Shown here: one piece after another, positions 1-12,184 of the stretch | How the letters are laid out: every line of letters begins with the position of its first letter | Position numbering within the stretch: the stretch's first letter is position 1 | NCBI GenBank assembly: GCA_037447605.1 | Contig: CM074816.1 | Coordinates: 2,198,525-2,262,524 of the forward strand | DNA length: 64,000 nt | Direction of reading: 5' to 3' | Origin: Zygnema circumcarinatum SAG 698-1b | Lineage: Eukaryota; Plantae; Zygnematophyceae | The notes under the pieces: generated by a model | The model's database searches: none | Told to the model about the DNA's origin: nothing | What the model saw: the letters and a program-made list of their open reading frames with translations, nothing else | Made by a program: the position numbers and the translations under genes

Positions 1-3000
1 TGGTGAAAATTAAACTCTACGGGAAGGTCATAGACATAGATCAAGGGCCGTCGACGCTCCACGCGATATTGGGACCCTTTGGAAGTGGAGAAGAGGACGT
101 TCTTCAAAGATTCCCATATGTTAGAGACTGGCTTCAAAGGAAAAGCGGAATCCCCCTCCAACCATGGAAGTCGCAAGTCCCCCTCCCGGGGGGAAGAGGC
201 AGAAGGGACGCTGCAATCAATGCCGTACCATGCCTCCTCACACTGCTCTTTTGCAGTATCCAGAATTTTTTTCATGAATGTCATGGCACATCAAAGTCAA
301 ACAGGGCAGCTGCACGTGAGCACGTCATTTCAGATCAAACGCATCCAAGGACGAGACTGCTGGCAGACTGTCTAAACGCCATGTGAAATTGAGCTTTCGG
401 ATCAGTGATTCCTCACACAAAACCCTGCCGAGAATCTTCATCCTCTCATGTTTCACATAAAGTACCCAGCAAAGAATAATTTCTCAAACTCTAACACTCA
501 CAAGCCTTCTCCTTTGGTCAACACGATCAGTTCACCACCCTGGCACTCTCCAAGAGATAAGATCCATAGCATTCCGCAAGCAAGACCCCTCCCCTTTACT
601 TCAGCAAGTAAGAAGCTGACACCTGGCAGTATCCGTTGTTGCAGGTGCCATGCCTGCTGCACCCATTGACGCAGTACGGCTGAGTGGCGATTTCGCAGAG
701 GTCTCCCGCCTGCCCGTCGAAGGGGCAGCCGCAGTACTTGCGAGGGCGCGCCCTGCCGCGGGGAGAGGCGAAGCACCATCCCGGCTCGGCGGGGTCGGGG
801 GAAAAGAGGTCATCGAGCAGCTGTTGGGTCCAAATCACTCCTCCGCTTCTGCACACTCGTCCCCAACCTCCATCGCCATCTGAACCCTGCCAACGTGACT
901 TAAGAGTCTTCAGGAGTTATGCAAAGTTAAGATGGAGTTCATCACGATTTCTGCATCGCATTCAGCAGATTTTGATACGAGGTTCGATTCATTCTTGAAT
1001 GATTGAGTTCAAACAACCATCTCCAGAGTGGTTGGAAAACTGACAAGCATAAACCGGACTGGTGACTCAACCCGCCTCTTTAGCAAAAGAAAGTACTATA
1101 GAGTGCCCCCCCTGACACTAACGTCTTAAAATGTCCTGTAATGTAAAGTAATTTTCAGTTATAGCCGGTGAACGAGCCACCAGTTTGATGACTTCAGATT
1201 CTGTCTCTAAGAGAGATCACTTACAGCTGAATTGTACCGCACTGTTCGACAATGGGCCGCATAGGATATGGAGTGTCAGGTCCACATCGACACATTGCAG
1301 TCTGTTTGTCGCAGAAAGCAAGGCAAGCTGACACAACCCAAGGGGCTAGCTCCTGCGTAGCATTACGAATGGGCTTGTAATTGCATTCCAGCTCATCCAA
1401 CTCTGCACAGTCTGAGCCTGCATACAACCGACACGCCGTTTCAACTGGTAAAAAGGTTCCTAATGCGCTGTCAGGAGAAAGGGGTGACAGAAGCAAATAA
1501 ACAAGGGCAAGAGCTATTTTTTTCCATTCTCCTGCTTGATTTGGTGGGGGAGGAAGGGGTGGGGAGGGGGGATGACGAAGGAGGTGCAACAACAGGGATA
1601 GTGACAGAAGTAACATAAAACGGAAGGAAGACGGAAGACCTGCGATCAATATGACATGAAAATCATGATGTCTGGCTAATGAAAAAACAGCCAAACCAGT
1701 CAGCCAGCCAGACCTGGAGACTAACGCCATTGGCTCAAAAATGATCATTGTTTACAAGTTGACGTTGGTGTGTGAAGATGCGTGTGGGAACTCTCCTCTT
1801 ATTAAATCGTGTTTGGGCTAAAAAGCTTGAAAATGAAACGAGTAGAAATAATTGAAAAAGCCAAAGGCTTTGACATCAGAAAAGCTCAGGAAACTCATCT
1901 AATACATTGTCCTCGGCTTAAGATTTCCTTCAGCTCAATTAACATTCCAAGTCAGAGGATGCTCACTTAGCCTCGAAAAAAATAATCGGAGGACGAAAAG
2001 AACATGAACATGAACATGATTACTGAATGCGAAGGACAAGTTGAAAGCAAGAGATTTAGACCGCTATAGACCACTGGAATTGAAAAATTAATACAAATTT
2101 GCGAGTCATTTCAAAAAGTTGAGTGTTTTATTCACAAGAATTTCCTATGCAATCGATCACGCGGTGGTGTCACCGGAGGATGGGAAAAAATAACAGCATG
2201 ATAGGGAGAACAAAACGCGGACAGGACTCAACTACGCTTTATCACTCGCTCCAGCCTCGCAAGACAGAACAAGTCCAATGCGCTTGAATATGCTCGTCTA
2301 ATGCATGTGGATGGAATTTGTTAGGGTACAGAGTTGCGTGCGACAATTTTAACTCAGTTGACATCAGCAAAGGGGCCCGGCTGAGTGGGGGGGAGCAGCA
2401 AGTGCCCTGAGAGGTAGGAGGCAAGAGAGGGAGAGGGAGAGCGAGTGAGTGCGCACCTTTGAAGCCACTGCGGCACCGGCATTCTCCGAGCTCGCGGTTG
2501 CAGACGCCGTTCCCACTACAAGCGTTGGGGCACTGCTCGGCATGCAGCGTCTGCAGAGCAGTCCACGTCCTCCGTGAAAAATCTCACCTCCACTTTCGCA
2601 CTTGCACAATTGCTTAAGGAGACAGCTGGCAGTCACAACCAAAAGTAGAGGCCAAGCCCAGCAGGTTTGAACCTCCGACTTCTTAAAGTGGGGAGTTCCC
2701 ATCTGACGATCAAAACTCCACGGCTTTGATCCAACAGAACCGGAGCCAAGTGGACGAGTAGCCAAAGCACCTCACCTCCGTAATGACGACGAGCTCTGAA
2801 GTGCCTCCGCATCGCTGAAGCCACTCCCCGACGGAGGCCTTCCATGGTGCGCCCCTCCAAAGCAGTTCCTTTGCAGCTGCCCTTGCGGGCTGCGCGAGGG
2901 CGCCATCGCCGGCAGAGCGCAGGCGCAGGCGCAGGGCGGCAGGCGAGGCGGGGTGCGCGAGCAGGCCGAGGTCGAGCGCGTCCAGCGCCGCGAACACGAG

Positions 3001-3084
3001 CACCACGGCGAGCAGCGCGGCGAGGCGCAGGGGCCCGTGCAGGCGCCCCGCACCCTCGCCCCCCGCTCCGCCCCCGCCCGCCAT
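1..3084 (-). CDS. EGF-like-domain exostosin (GT47) glycosyltransferase, copy 1; 5' part only, runs off the window start. Exons approx. 3084-2776, 2550-2457, 1417-1225, 848-623, 242-<1
   Basis: Exon 1 has a type II membrane anchor (LAALLAVVLVFAALDAL) and WRGAPWKASVGEWLQRCGG. Later exons give Cys-rich EGF-like segments (CPNACSGNGVCNRELGECRC; YCVNGCSRHGTCNNGYCQ; CEEAWYGIDCS) and the exostosin-domain start RRPLIYVYDLPVEFNF. GT-AG junctions were checked and phases match copy 2. Confidence 0.9.
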
Positions 3085-3274
3085 GGCGCCAGCCTTCCCC
3101 CCCCTCCCTTCCTTCTCCCTCCCCTCCCTCCCGCTGCGCGACAGCGCCTCCGTACCCTCCTCGGCCGTACAGCAGTAAGGCGCCTGGAGGTGGACGGACT
3201 TTTACGGATGTGCAGCCCTCTGCCGCCACGTTGAAACCTAAACCTTTTTGTCCTTAGCTGGAGCCCGTCTGCGA

Positions 3275-3290
3275 GTTCACACGTGTGAAC
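3275..3290. promoter_or_regulatory. Perfect 16 bp palindrome GTTCACACGTGTGAAC centred on a G-box, ~190 bp upstream of the GT47 copy 1 ATG; a second CACGTG lies near 3336
   Basis: Read directly from the sequence; regulatory function is inferred. Confidence 0.35.
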
Positions 3291-3561
3291 ACCGCGGTCG
3301 CAAGATGCTGGAGGCGTCTTCCAATGGCATTTTGCCACGTGTTAAAAGTGCCTACATGGCGGGTGAAGGTCCTTTTGTTTTGTTCGCTTCGTTGGGCGTC
3401 GGCTTGTTTCTCCCTTAGTTTTGGTTTCTTTTAGTTTGATTTTGCTTTGTTTCGTTGGGGTGTTCTCTGGTCTGGTTTCGCTTTGTTTTACTTCTGTCAT
3501 TTCTCTCGTTTTTTTCCACGTTAAAGGCTTTACGGGGAGCAAGAAAGGGACGAATTACTAT

Positions 3562-3764
3562 TAGGGGGAGTCAGACTTTGACCATCGCTTACGAAATTCC
3601 CGAATTCTTTATACTAAAAGCACTTCTTTCGTGTACTAATTCCGGGTCGGGATCCACGGCTCCGCCGAGCCCAGTCGTACCGAAATGCGTACCTAGCCAA
3701 TGCTTAATTCGTCCGGCAGGCTTACGAAATTGATTTGGCGATGGTCAAGGTCGGACTCCCCCTA
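3562..3764. mobile_element. MITE-like non-autonomous DNA transposon (~200 bp)
   Basis: Terminal inverted repeats TAGGGGGAGTCAGACTTTGACCATCGC (3562-3588) and GCGATGGTCAAGGTCGGACTCCCCCTA (3738-3764) differ at 2 of 27 positions. TA sits at both outer ends, CTTACGAAATT is repeated subterminally (3588, 3721), and there is no coding capacity. Confidence 0.65.
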
Positions 3765-3854
3765 TCAAGAGGCACCACCACTAGCAAAACAAAACATACG
3801 CAAAACTCTCACTACGTATCACTACTGTGCCTTGCTTGCAGCAACCTACCTGCT

Positions 3855-3897
3855 GGTTCGGTTCGGTTCAGGTTCGGTTTAGGTTCGGCTCGGGTCC
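3855..3897. repeat. Degenerate (GGTTC)n pentamer tract
   Basis: ggttcggttcggttcaggttcggtttaggttcggctcgggtcc. Confidence 0.75.
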
Positions 3898-5366
3898 TTT
3901 CCAGGGCCAAACCTTCAGTAAAACGAGGGAGCGCGTCCTTCTGGCAAAAAGCCGACGGCCATGCAGTGGCGATGGATGGGGGAGAGAGAGGAGAGCGGGA
4001 GAGGGCAGGACAGGGCAGGGCAGGGCAGGCACTACCGGAGGAGGGAGGGAGGGAGGGAGGAAGGGAAGGCCGAGGGGGGGCTTGGCTGCGGGACGCGTGC
4101 ACGGTGCCCACAAGGCAGGCAGGAAGGAAGGAAGGAGGCGGCAACAGCTGCAGCGCTCTCATCAATGGACCTACGCTTCGCTCGCGCCGTGGTGGACTCC
4201 GCGTGGCATGGTCCCTCCTGCTCCTGCTCGTCGTCTGTGGGAGTGGTCATCTTCTTGCTTTGACCGCTTCTGGGACTTCGTTGCGCATCGCCGTGTTTGA
4301 CTGCTTGCGATCGTGTGAAAGCTATGCCGGACAAACGCCCGCCTCATCCGCATAGCAACGCACAGATCGTACCGGGAACACGAATAAAGGAACCGCAAAA
4401 TGCATTAAAGAGTCCAAGGCCGCGAAAAACAAGCAAGAAATTATTGTCATTATTGGTCTCACGATGGCGATGGCGACGGTAATGCCACAAAGGCCACAAG
4501 GAAGCCATCCCACGACCCCGCGAAGGGCTGCCCATCGCCCGTTTGTACCCCCGCATGTTGTCAGCACACCAGCATGCCGAGCATCCTGTCCCGAGCCTAT
4601 CAGAAGTTGGCGGGCGGCCATCCACCTCATGTCGCATATCTCGCTTCCCCTAAGGCCGGCATATCCCATTGCCCGCATGCAGCCAGCGGCGGCTCCGCAC
4701 TTTTCGGACCAGGCTCGCTAGCAAATGGAGCCCTCAATCCTGGATAACCGAGGATCCTGGATTGGGAGCGCATCTCAGATCCTGCAAGAGAATCCCAAGG
4801 GATCACGACGCGGTGCACCGGCGTCTTCCATTGGTCACCACATCAGACGCTCAGATCCGCAAAGATCCGCCATAAACGGAGCGAGGGCACCCGTACGTCC
4901 GTACAGCGCCTGGCGGCCGACGACCTTGCAGACCATTTTACCCATCCCCCGGGCCTGGTCCCGGGCCTCCCGGCCAAGGCCCCGGCCGGGCCAGTCCATC
5001 CATCCCAGCTTCGGAGTGAGTGCGAATGCGGTCGCGGCGCCAGGGAGCCGCCCGGGCGTGCGGGCGGGACCGCGGGGGCTGCTGGCGGATGCAAAACGTC
5101 ACAGAAGGTTTGATTTTGCCTGCCGTACATGACAGCGGACCCCCTAAACCGGAGGCGAGTTTGACACATAAAACCGAACCGTTACAAGGGATTGCCACTG
5201 GATACAGTGTACGGTACTTGGGAATTCGGATTTCTCAGTGAACCTGCGTCGTCCAGCGGACACGACAAAAGCGAGAGAGAGCGCCAACACTGAGGCCGGC
5301 ACGCCAGAATGGCACGCGCGGGCGGGCGGGCGGGCCTCGCCTCCAACAGCGCACCAACGCGGCCAT

Positions 5367-5396
5367 GGCTCTGGCTCTGGCTCTGGCTCTGGCTCT
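5367..5396. repeat. (GGCTCT)5 microsatellite
   Basis: Five perfect hexamer units. Confidence 0.85.
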
Positions 5397-6678
5397 CGCA
5401 GCGCCCGCAGCCGCGGTCCGTACCGTACTGTGCAGGTTCGTGTACGGATGGCTGGGCTGTACGGTTCTGCTGTCGCGTGACCCTCTAGCTCGACACTAGG
5501 GCTTACCGCTACAGAGGGCGGGCTGTCACGTCACGGGGCCGCCCACGGCTGCGGGCCGGGGACCGCCGGCGACCCACCGCGACGCCACGTCGCGAGGGCG
5601 GGCTGGCTGTCAGGCGCCAGGGCCGCCCTGCCGTACGATGCGCACCACGCGGTCATCGCACGGCCCCGCATGGCCCGGAGCCTGTCCGCGCGCCGGCCCT
5701 GGCCGGAGCCTGATCCGCCGACCGCGCCGTTGTCAGCCCAACCCCCTTCCCCCCCCGGCCAATGGGCGCTGGCGGGAGGAGGAGTCAGCGGCCGCGAGTT
5801 CCGCCGCCGCGCCACTCCGCGTTCCGCCCGCCCGGGATACTTTGTGGGCCACGCGGGGTCGCGGCCAACGGCGCGGCGCCGCGTGGCGGGCGGCGTGTGT
5901 GGCGCCTCGTCCGTTTGTCCGCCACCACGTGGTCCGCCGGCCGGCCGGCCTCCGCGGGCAGGCGGGCGGGCGGGCAGCCAATGAGCCCTCTCTCCCTCCC
6001 GTACGGAGGGCAGCGGCCCGCTGCCCGTTGCTGGGAGGGCCGGCTGCCGTGCGGCCGGCGCAGCCTGCCTCCCGCGCGCGGCGGCTCCACGTGGCCGGCC
6101 GGGCAGGCGGCCGAACGTTTCAACTCGGGCGGGCGGTCGGGCAGCCGCCCGCGAAGTTTTTCCCGTATCTGCCCTGCCGGCCGGCCAGGCGGCCGGCAGC
6201 ACCGGCCGGCAGTACCGGTCGGCAGCACGGGCGCGTCAGTGGCGTGACGCCGTGTCACGCGCGCGCCCTTTCAATTCAAAGCGCGCGGACGCTCCTTACA
6301 AGCCTCGTCTTCCCCGCTCTCCCCTGCCTCTCTGTCTGTCCCTCCCCTTCCTGTCTCTCTCTTTCTCGCCGCGGGAGGACCGCCAGAGTCCGCGAGGTGT
6401 GCCGCCGCTGCTCGCACTCTGCTCTCCCCTTCTGTGCGCCCACTAGCGCTCTGACGCTCTGTTGCAGTTCCCCCCGCTGCCGATCGTGTAGAATTTTTGG
6501 ATGCTCTTGCTGCTCACTGGAAATTCTTTTGTTTGTAACCTTTGAAACGTGGTTTACAGTCTGCGCTGTTTTTCTTGCCGAATTTTGTAATCAGGCTCTT
6601 CGACAGGGATTGACGTCCCTCTCTCCTTTTCTGCAATGATCGTAATCATTTTTAGGCCTCTTGGGATTGCTGGTGGGG

Positions 6679-9600
6679 ATGGCTGCAGAGGCGGCAGCCA
6701 TGGGCTACACTTTGGAAGATGCGTTGGGAGCGCCTCCCAGAGAATTCCTGAAGATTTGGACTGCTCCGATGAAATTCGCAGCCCTTGCATTTCAGCGGCG
6801 TATGGTGGAGGATCAGGTGAGCAGAAGAAGCTCATTTCTTCCCAGCCTCGCTGTCCTCTGCTTGTGCTTCACAGGTTGTGTCCCGTTGAACTTGGCGTGC
6901 CAGCTGTCAAGCTCCTTTTTCTCACAGGTGTCGACTGAGGCAAGTCCCGGCCCAATTCGCTAAGGTAGTTTCTCCCCCACGTTGACGAGCTATGACTGCG
7001 TTCTCCTTCATGGATGAACTGACTTTTTCCTCGAATTGCTGCAGCTCCGTCATAACAAGAAAGTGAGCGTTACGGACATGAAGAAGCAGATGGGATGGCT
7101 TTCATATGCGGCCATGGGAGTGGGAGCCATTATCGCCACTGGAATTTTCTCGTTCATGCCGTACATTTATGCCAACATTACAGGGTGAGCTTCGGTTCCG
7201 TTCCTTGTCCGAAAGTGCGGATGTTGCTGCCAGAGTGGACCACACTCTTGCGTTTGCCGTTGCTGACAGTGTGGCTGTAATTGTTGCAGCCAGTAACTTG
7301 AAAGGGGTAGTATTCCTTGCTTATAACTTTTTGCAGGCATTTTGCTATCCTATCGCTGAAATCTGCGAGGGATTTGGCATATATTTACAAACGCAAGAAG
7401 CCTGAAAGCCAGCATCAGAATTTCTCGTTCTCAGCTCTAGAGACGTTGACATGCTGATGCTCGTTTGCTGATGTGCATTTGCAAATCTAATTTAACGCAT
7501 TGCAACTCATTTGCCAGCTGTCCGATTTTTGCGGCGAATTTGAACGCGGCCTGGCAAACTAGTGCAGACGGAATGGCGAGCTTCCCTGTCTACTGACAGA
7601 ACAGGGGATAATCTGATTGATAAGTTCTGCGGGAAATGCAACATGTTACAATTCTCAGACAGCGTTGTGTCTGCGCAGGCCCGCGGTCGTCCTGTCGCTC
7701 ATTGTTGCGTCCGTCACGGCTGCAGCATCTGCACTCATCTACTCCGAATTCGCCGTCGAGTGAGTTCCACCTTTCTTGCATATCTTCCAGCTTTTCTCTT
7801 ATGGCCTGCAAGCTGTCGCCTTTATTGTTACACGGCAGAGCTGATGTACTGCTGGGGTGTCGTTTTGGGCGTGAGCAGGTATCCCGTGGTGGGAGGCGGA
7901 TTGTAAGTGCATTTGCTCTGTTTCACATTGTTTTCTGAGGAACAAATCCTACGATGAAAGCTGTCACATGTTGTCGAGATTTATTTGGATAGAGAGGTGC
8001 ACAAGAGTAGAGGGTTGCGCGGCTTCTCAGCTTCCTAGAGTCCTGCAGGCGTCTCCGCCTGTGTTGCGACAGGCGAGACCTGGGCTCATCTACAATCCAT
8101 GTCCACGGCCATGGCTGCTGGGAGCCGGGGCCGCTTAGCTTGCTCCTGCTCCCTCCATCCCCTTCTGCCGTACCAACTGCGTTGCTTAGACTGTGCTTCT
8201 TAGCTAACGGCGAAGCCGCACAGTGCTGCACGCTTCAGTGCTCCACAATAACGAGTATACGCCTGCGCGTGACTGCACGGTTGTTTTGTTTGTCCGGGTA
8301 CTGTGCGCTTCTGCTGTACTTGAGGTGACGAGGGCGAGCCTGGATAGAAGGCAGAAACGCACGCACCTGTGCGGGCAGTAACAGTCCTTTGAGTCCCGAC
8401 CGAGGGACGTCCGTTTCGGTCGTCGCGGCCCTCTGCAGTAGCGCGATTTTTTTGGTTTTTGGATCTTTGACGATTCGATCCGCAATGACGCACTGGAGCA
8501 GTGCTTCTCGATTGAGTCGTAATCGCTTTGCTGTCGCGGGGAATGTCTGCCACGTGCCGGAGCGGCAGGGCGTGGGCCGCTGCGGGAGTTGGCAGAAGGT
8601 GTTAGAGTATTGTAATCTTCTTGCATGCAGTACCTTCTCGCGTAGACCAGTGCGAGAGGGAAATTAGGAATTGCCGACCAGTGGCTGTACTGCACAGCAC
8701 GTAGGCGGATGGCGATAAAGGAGATAGTGATGTTTGTCTCCTCTAGCCGTGGCGCTGGTAGTTCGCTTGCTTCCAGCAGGCAGATGGTGATGCTCCCTCA
8801 AAGACCATGGCCATGGAAATCGTCTGTTAGTTTGAAACGAGAAGCGTTCAAGGACGTGTCGTTTGCCCTTGTAGTCGGGCTCTTGGCCATCTGACATTGC
8901 TTTTTCACAAGGTCGGCTTTTTAGGTTTGTGCAGTGCCCGAATCCTCGTGCTGCCTTATGCTCATCCCTATTTCGATTCAGGCACATGTTACGATCTTAA
9001 CGTCGTTGGGAAATTGGGGCTGGTGTACTTGTATGCAGTGTCTATGTGCTCAACACCTTCGGCGAGTATCCTGCAGTGTAAGCCCCCCGTCAGCTACTTG
9101 TTCGATGGTTGGAAATTTGAACTTCGCTTCTGCTGGTTGACGTCGTGCGTGTGAGGGGTGTCGTTTAGGCCATTTAAGTTCAAGTTATGCGTTTCGTGGT
9201 CGTTTTGCTGTGGCTATTGATAATTTTCGGTTATAAGTCATTGCTGTGAGTTTCAGTCACGGAGCCTGTACGAGCATGTGAAACATTGCTCTTGTCCAAC
9301 ACTCGGGTTGTGCATATCTGACAGTGTTTGTTCCATCTGCAGATTGTGTGCGACCAATTTGGTGATAGATTACGTGTTCGGAACTTCTGCGGTGAGCTTG
9401 ATGGACCTTTGTACCCTCTGAGTACTGTCATCCAGCAGTCTGATCGGTTAAACATGTTCATTTAGTGTCTGTCATTGCTGGCATAACTGAAGGTGGTCAG
9501 TAGTTCTCCGCGATGATGTTAGAGGTTGGCTGTCAGTAGCTGTGGCGTCAGCAATCATCGCTGCAGAAGATTGACGTCTGCCTGAGATGATGTGCAGGTG

Positions 9601-12184
9601 GTGCGGAACTTCAGCGTGTACTTCTCGCAACTCATCAATAAGAAAAGTGACATCTTCCAGAAGGATGTCAGCTTCCAGAAGGATGACATTGACTACCTGG
9701 CACTCATCATCGTAATTTTCCTTACTTGCGTGGTGATATGGTCTACGAAGGTCTTCGATGAGAGTAACATCTGTACGCTTCATACACTACCTCCATTCGC
9801 CATGCCCCCTCATAGCGTGTTTTGCCTAGAAGCTTCAGTTTTGCGCAATGTGGCTTGGAAAGCGCTTTCTTAATGTCTGCTTACGTTTTCTATCTCTTGA
9901 ACGGGTTTATATGCTTACTCTTTGGTCTGCTTCGTGACCCCACAGTGCTGCAGGTGGCGCATGTCGGTCTTGTGTGTTTCACCTTCATTGCTGCATTTAC
10001 GAAAGCAAACACGGAGAACTGGCAGCCATTCTTCCCCAAGGGTTGTCCTGAAGGGGGCATTGTATGCCCTACCGACGGATCCATTCTGCCGCCAGACCAG
10101 GGCTGCGTTGACAACAGCTTTGGACCCGCAGGAGCACGCCGAATTGTGACTGGGGCAAGCAACATCTTCTTTGTCTTCATTGGTTACGATGTCATTGCGC
10201 TTGGAGCAGAGGAGGTTAGTACTCACATGGTTTCTTCTGTTCTGCTGTACAATTGTGTTCCCTCCCCTCTGAATTCGTGAAAGATCCTGTGAGGGTTATG
10301 GCTTAGCTCGGATGGGCGCATCCTGCCATTCGATTGTGGGATTTCCTTCAGCATTCGTCAAGCACTTTCCTGAGTTCTTTTGGTGGATCTGAGTCAATGA
10401 GCAGCGGGGGCGAAAATGAAGAGTAAGGCAGAAGTTCGGGAGAACTGTTCATGGATGTTTTATTCATGGTTGTATGTGGGGCATCAACAGGCGAAGACGA
10501 ATTACTCTGTGCCCATTGGAATGCTCGGCTCTGTGGTTTTTGTTACGATCATCTACATGTAAGGCTCTTCCTGCCCGTTGTAAACCCTTGTTGATCGCCG
10601 TTGTCGTCTTCTAATCAAGCAGATTCTGTTACATTTCGGTTTTACCACTGTAGAGTAGGAATATTGGCTGATTCACTGCTATCACGATGCATCGTGGCCC
10701 ATCTTAACTTCGGGTATGTGTTTTTTTCCTGCAGTCTGATGGCTTCCAGTCTGATCATGCTGTTCCCCTTCTCCGGCCTAGCGTGCAAAGACGAGAATGT
10801 CAGAATTGCTGGTTTTGCGTATGCGTTTGTTGCTCGCGGAATGAGCTGGGCGAAGTATATCGTAGCTGCCGGCGCTTGTATCGGTATTTTCACATCTTGT
10901 GGGATCGGAATCTATGGCCTCTCCCGCATCTTCCAAGTGTTCGCGCGTGAGGGGATGCTTCCGGCCTTCGTTGGCCAAGTCAACAGCTTGACCTACACTC
11001 CTATTGTAGCCGTCGCGATTGCCGGGATAGTTTCTGGTAAGTGACCAAACTCTGTAGAATTATTGTGTAGGTATCTCAGCGTTTTAGGTCCTCCTAGGTT
11101 TAGGAGCGCGTTGTTTCTTTCTGGCATATGTAAGGAACTAATTCTCTCGACTTTGGATGCTTCAGCGCTCATGGCTTTCTTCACGGGATTTGAAACGCTG
11201 GCAAATATGACCTCCATTGGTACCCTCACTATGTACTGGTAAGCTAACAGCTCGAATGGGCGCATCCTGCCATTCAATTGTGGGATTTCCTTCAGCATTC
11301 GACAAGCACTTTCCTGAGTTTTCTTGGTGGACCTGAGTTTATGGAGGTAGTCGACCTTCTAATGTTTTTCTGATGTCCATCTGCAGGTTTGTGGCCATCT
11401 CTCATCTCTACCGTAGATATGCTCCAGAGTTTGGTAAGCTGCATTCCCCTCGCCAACAGATTAAGTTTTTAATCCCTAATGGGAAAGTCAGCTGCGCTCC
11501 TACAGTACTGATTGGGAGACCAATGATCATAAGTCTCTGGTTGAACCTCATGAAGGAATTGTCATTTGCCCTGCAGAAACTCCGGAGGTGCATGGAGACC
11601 GCCACCTCTCAATCCCATTTCAGCCAAATGTATTCGGTGCATTGGGGGTTACCGTCCGTCGCATCATTCTCTTGTTCTACATCTTCATGCTGAGTGCTTC
11701 AGCTATTGGTGAGGCCATGCGCAGCCTTTCGTGATGGAAACTGGCAGCATAGTGATGGCAGTCGTGCATTCAAGTTCCACTTGCTTATATCCTTAATTCA
11801 TAGTTGACGCTTGATGTGAATTTGTGCCATGCAGGCTTCACCATCTACTGGAACTTGGAGACCGGGTCAACGTGGCTCATTATCTGCCCGTGCGTGTGGC
11901 TTGCGACCGTCCTAGCCATTATATTCACAATGCCTATACAGTATGTGCCTGCCAAATTTTCCATTCCCTGGTGGGCCTTGCCCTGGGTGCCTGCGATCTC
12001 TATTTGGGCCAATGTCATGCTTGTTGGAGGGTTCGGCGCGCGGAAGGACGACTACTACCGGCTGTTTGGAGCCATGGCGATTGGCACTGTCATCTACCTG
12101 CTGTACGGAGTGCACGCGAGCTACTGGCGCTTCTATGGCGGCGGACGCCAGTCCGAGCTCCCCATGGAATACGACGAGAAGTAA
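6679..12184 (+). CDS. APC-superfamily cationic amino acid transporter (CAT-like), multi-exon with micro-exons at 7879-7902, 9039-9077 and 9343-9391
   Basis: The spliced product contains GVGAIIATGIF, GPAVVLSLIVA...ALIYSEFAVEYPVVGGGFVY, FFVFIGYDVIALGAEE, SRIFQVFAREGMLPAF, MTSIGTLTMYWFVA and C-terminal PWVPAISIWANVML. These match CAT-family motifs. TAA stop at 12182-12184. The start could be 6679 or 6700. Confidence 0.88.
10305..10394 (+). repeat. 90 bp intronic element, copy A (in the CAT-like gene)
   Basis: Ungapped match to 11249-11338 with 6 differences in 90 nt. Confidence 0.9.
11249..11338 (+). repeat. 90 bp intronic element, copy B (intron 11239-11387 of the CAT-like gene)
   Basis: Ungapped match to 10305-10394 (~93% identity); begins 10 nt after the GT donor. 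Confidence 0.9.

Noticed and set aside
3-386. Plus-strand ORFs at the window start
   Set aside because: They are antisense to a clear GT47 exon (242 to <1) that lacks an ATG and so is missing from the track.
4735-4870. Cluster of GATCC words
   Set aside because: A short motif with irregular spacing and no larger repeat or terminal structure.
5161-5182. ACATAAAACCG shared with the minus strand near 49315-49325
   Set aside because: An 11-mer match is expected by chance in 64 kb.
5531-6639. Several overlapping 150-330 aa ORFs upstream of the transporter
   Set aside because: The region is extremely GC-rich, so stop codons are rare; the products are Arg/Gly/Pro low complexity with no motif. It is best read as promoter and 5' leader.
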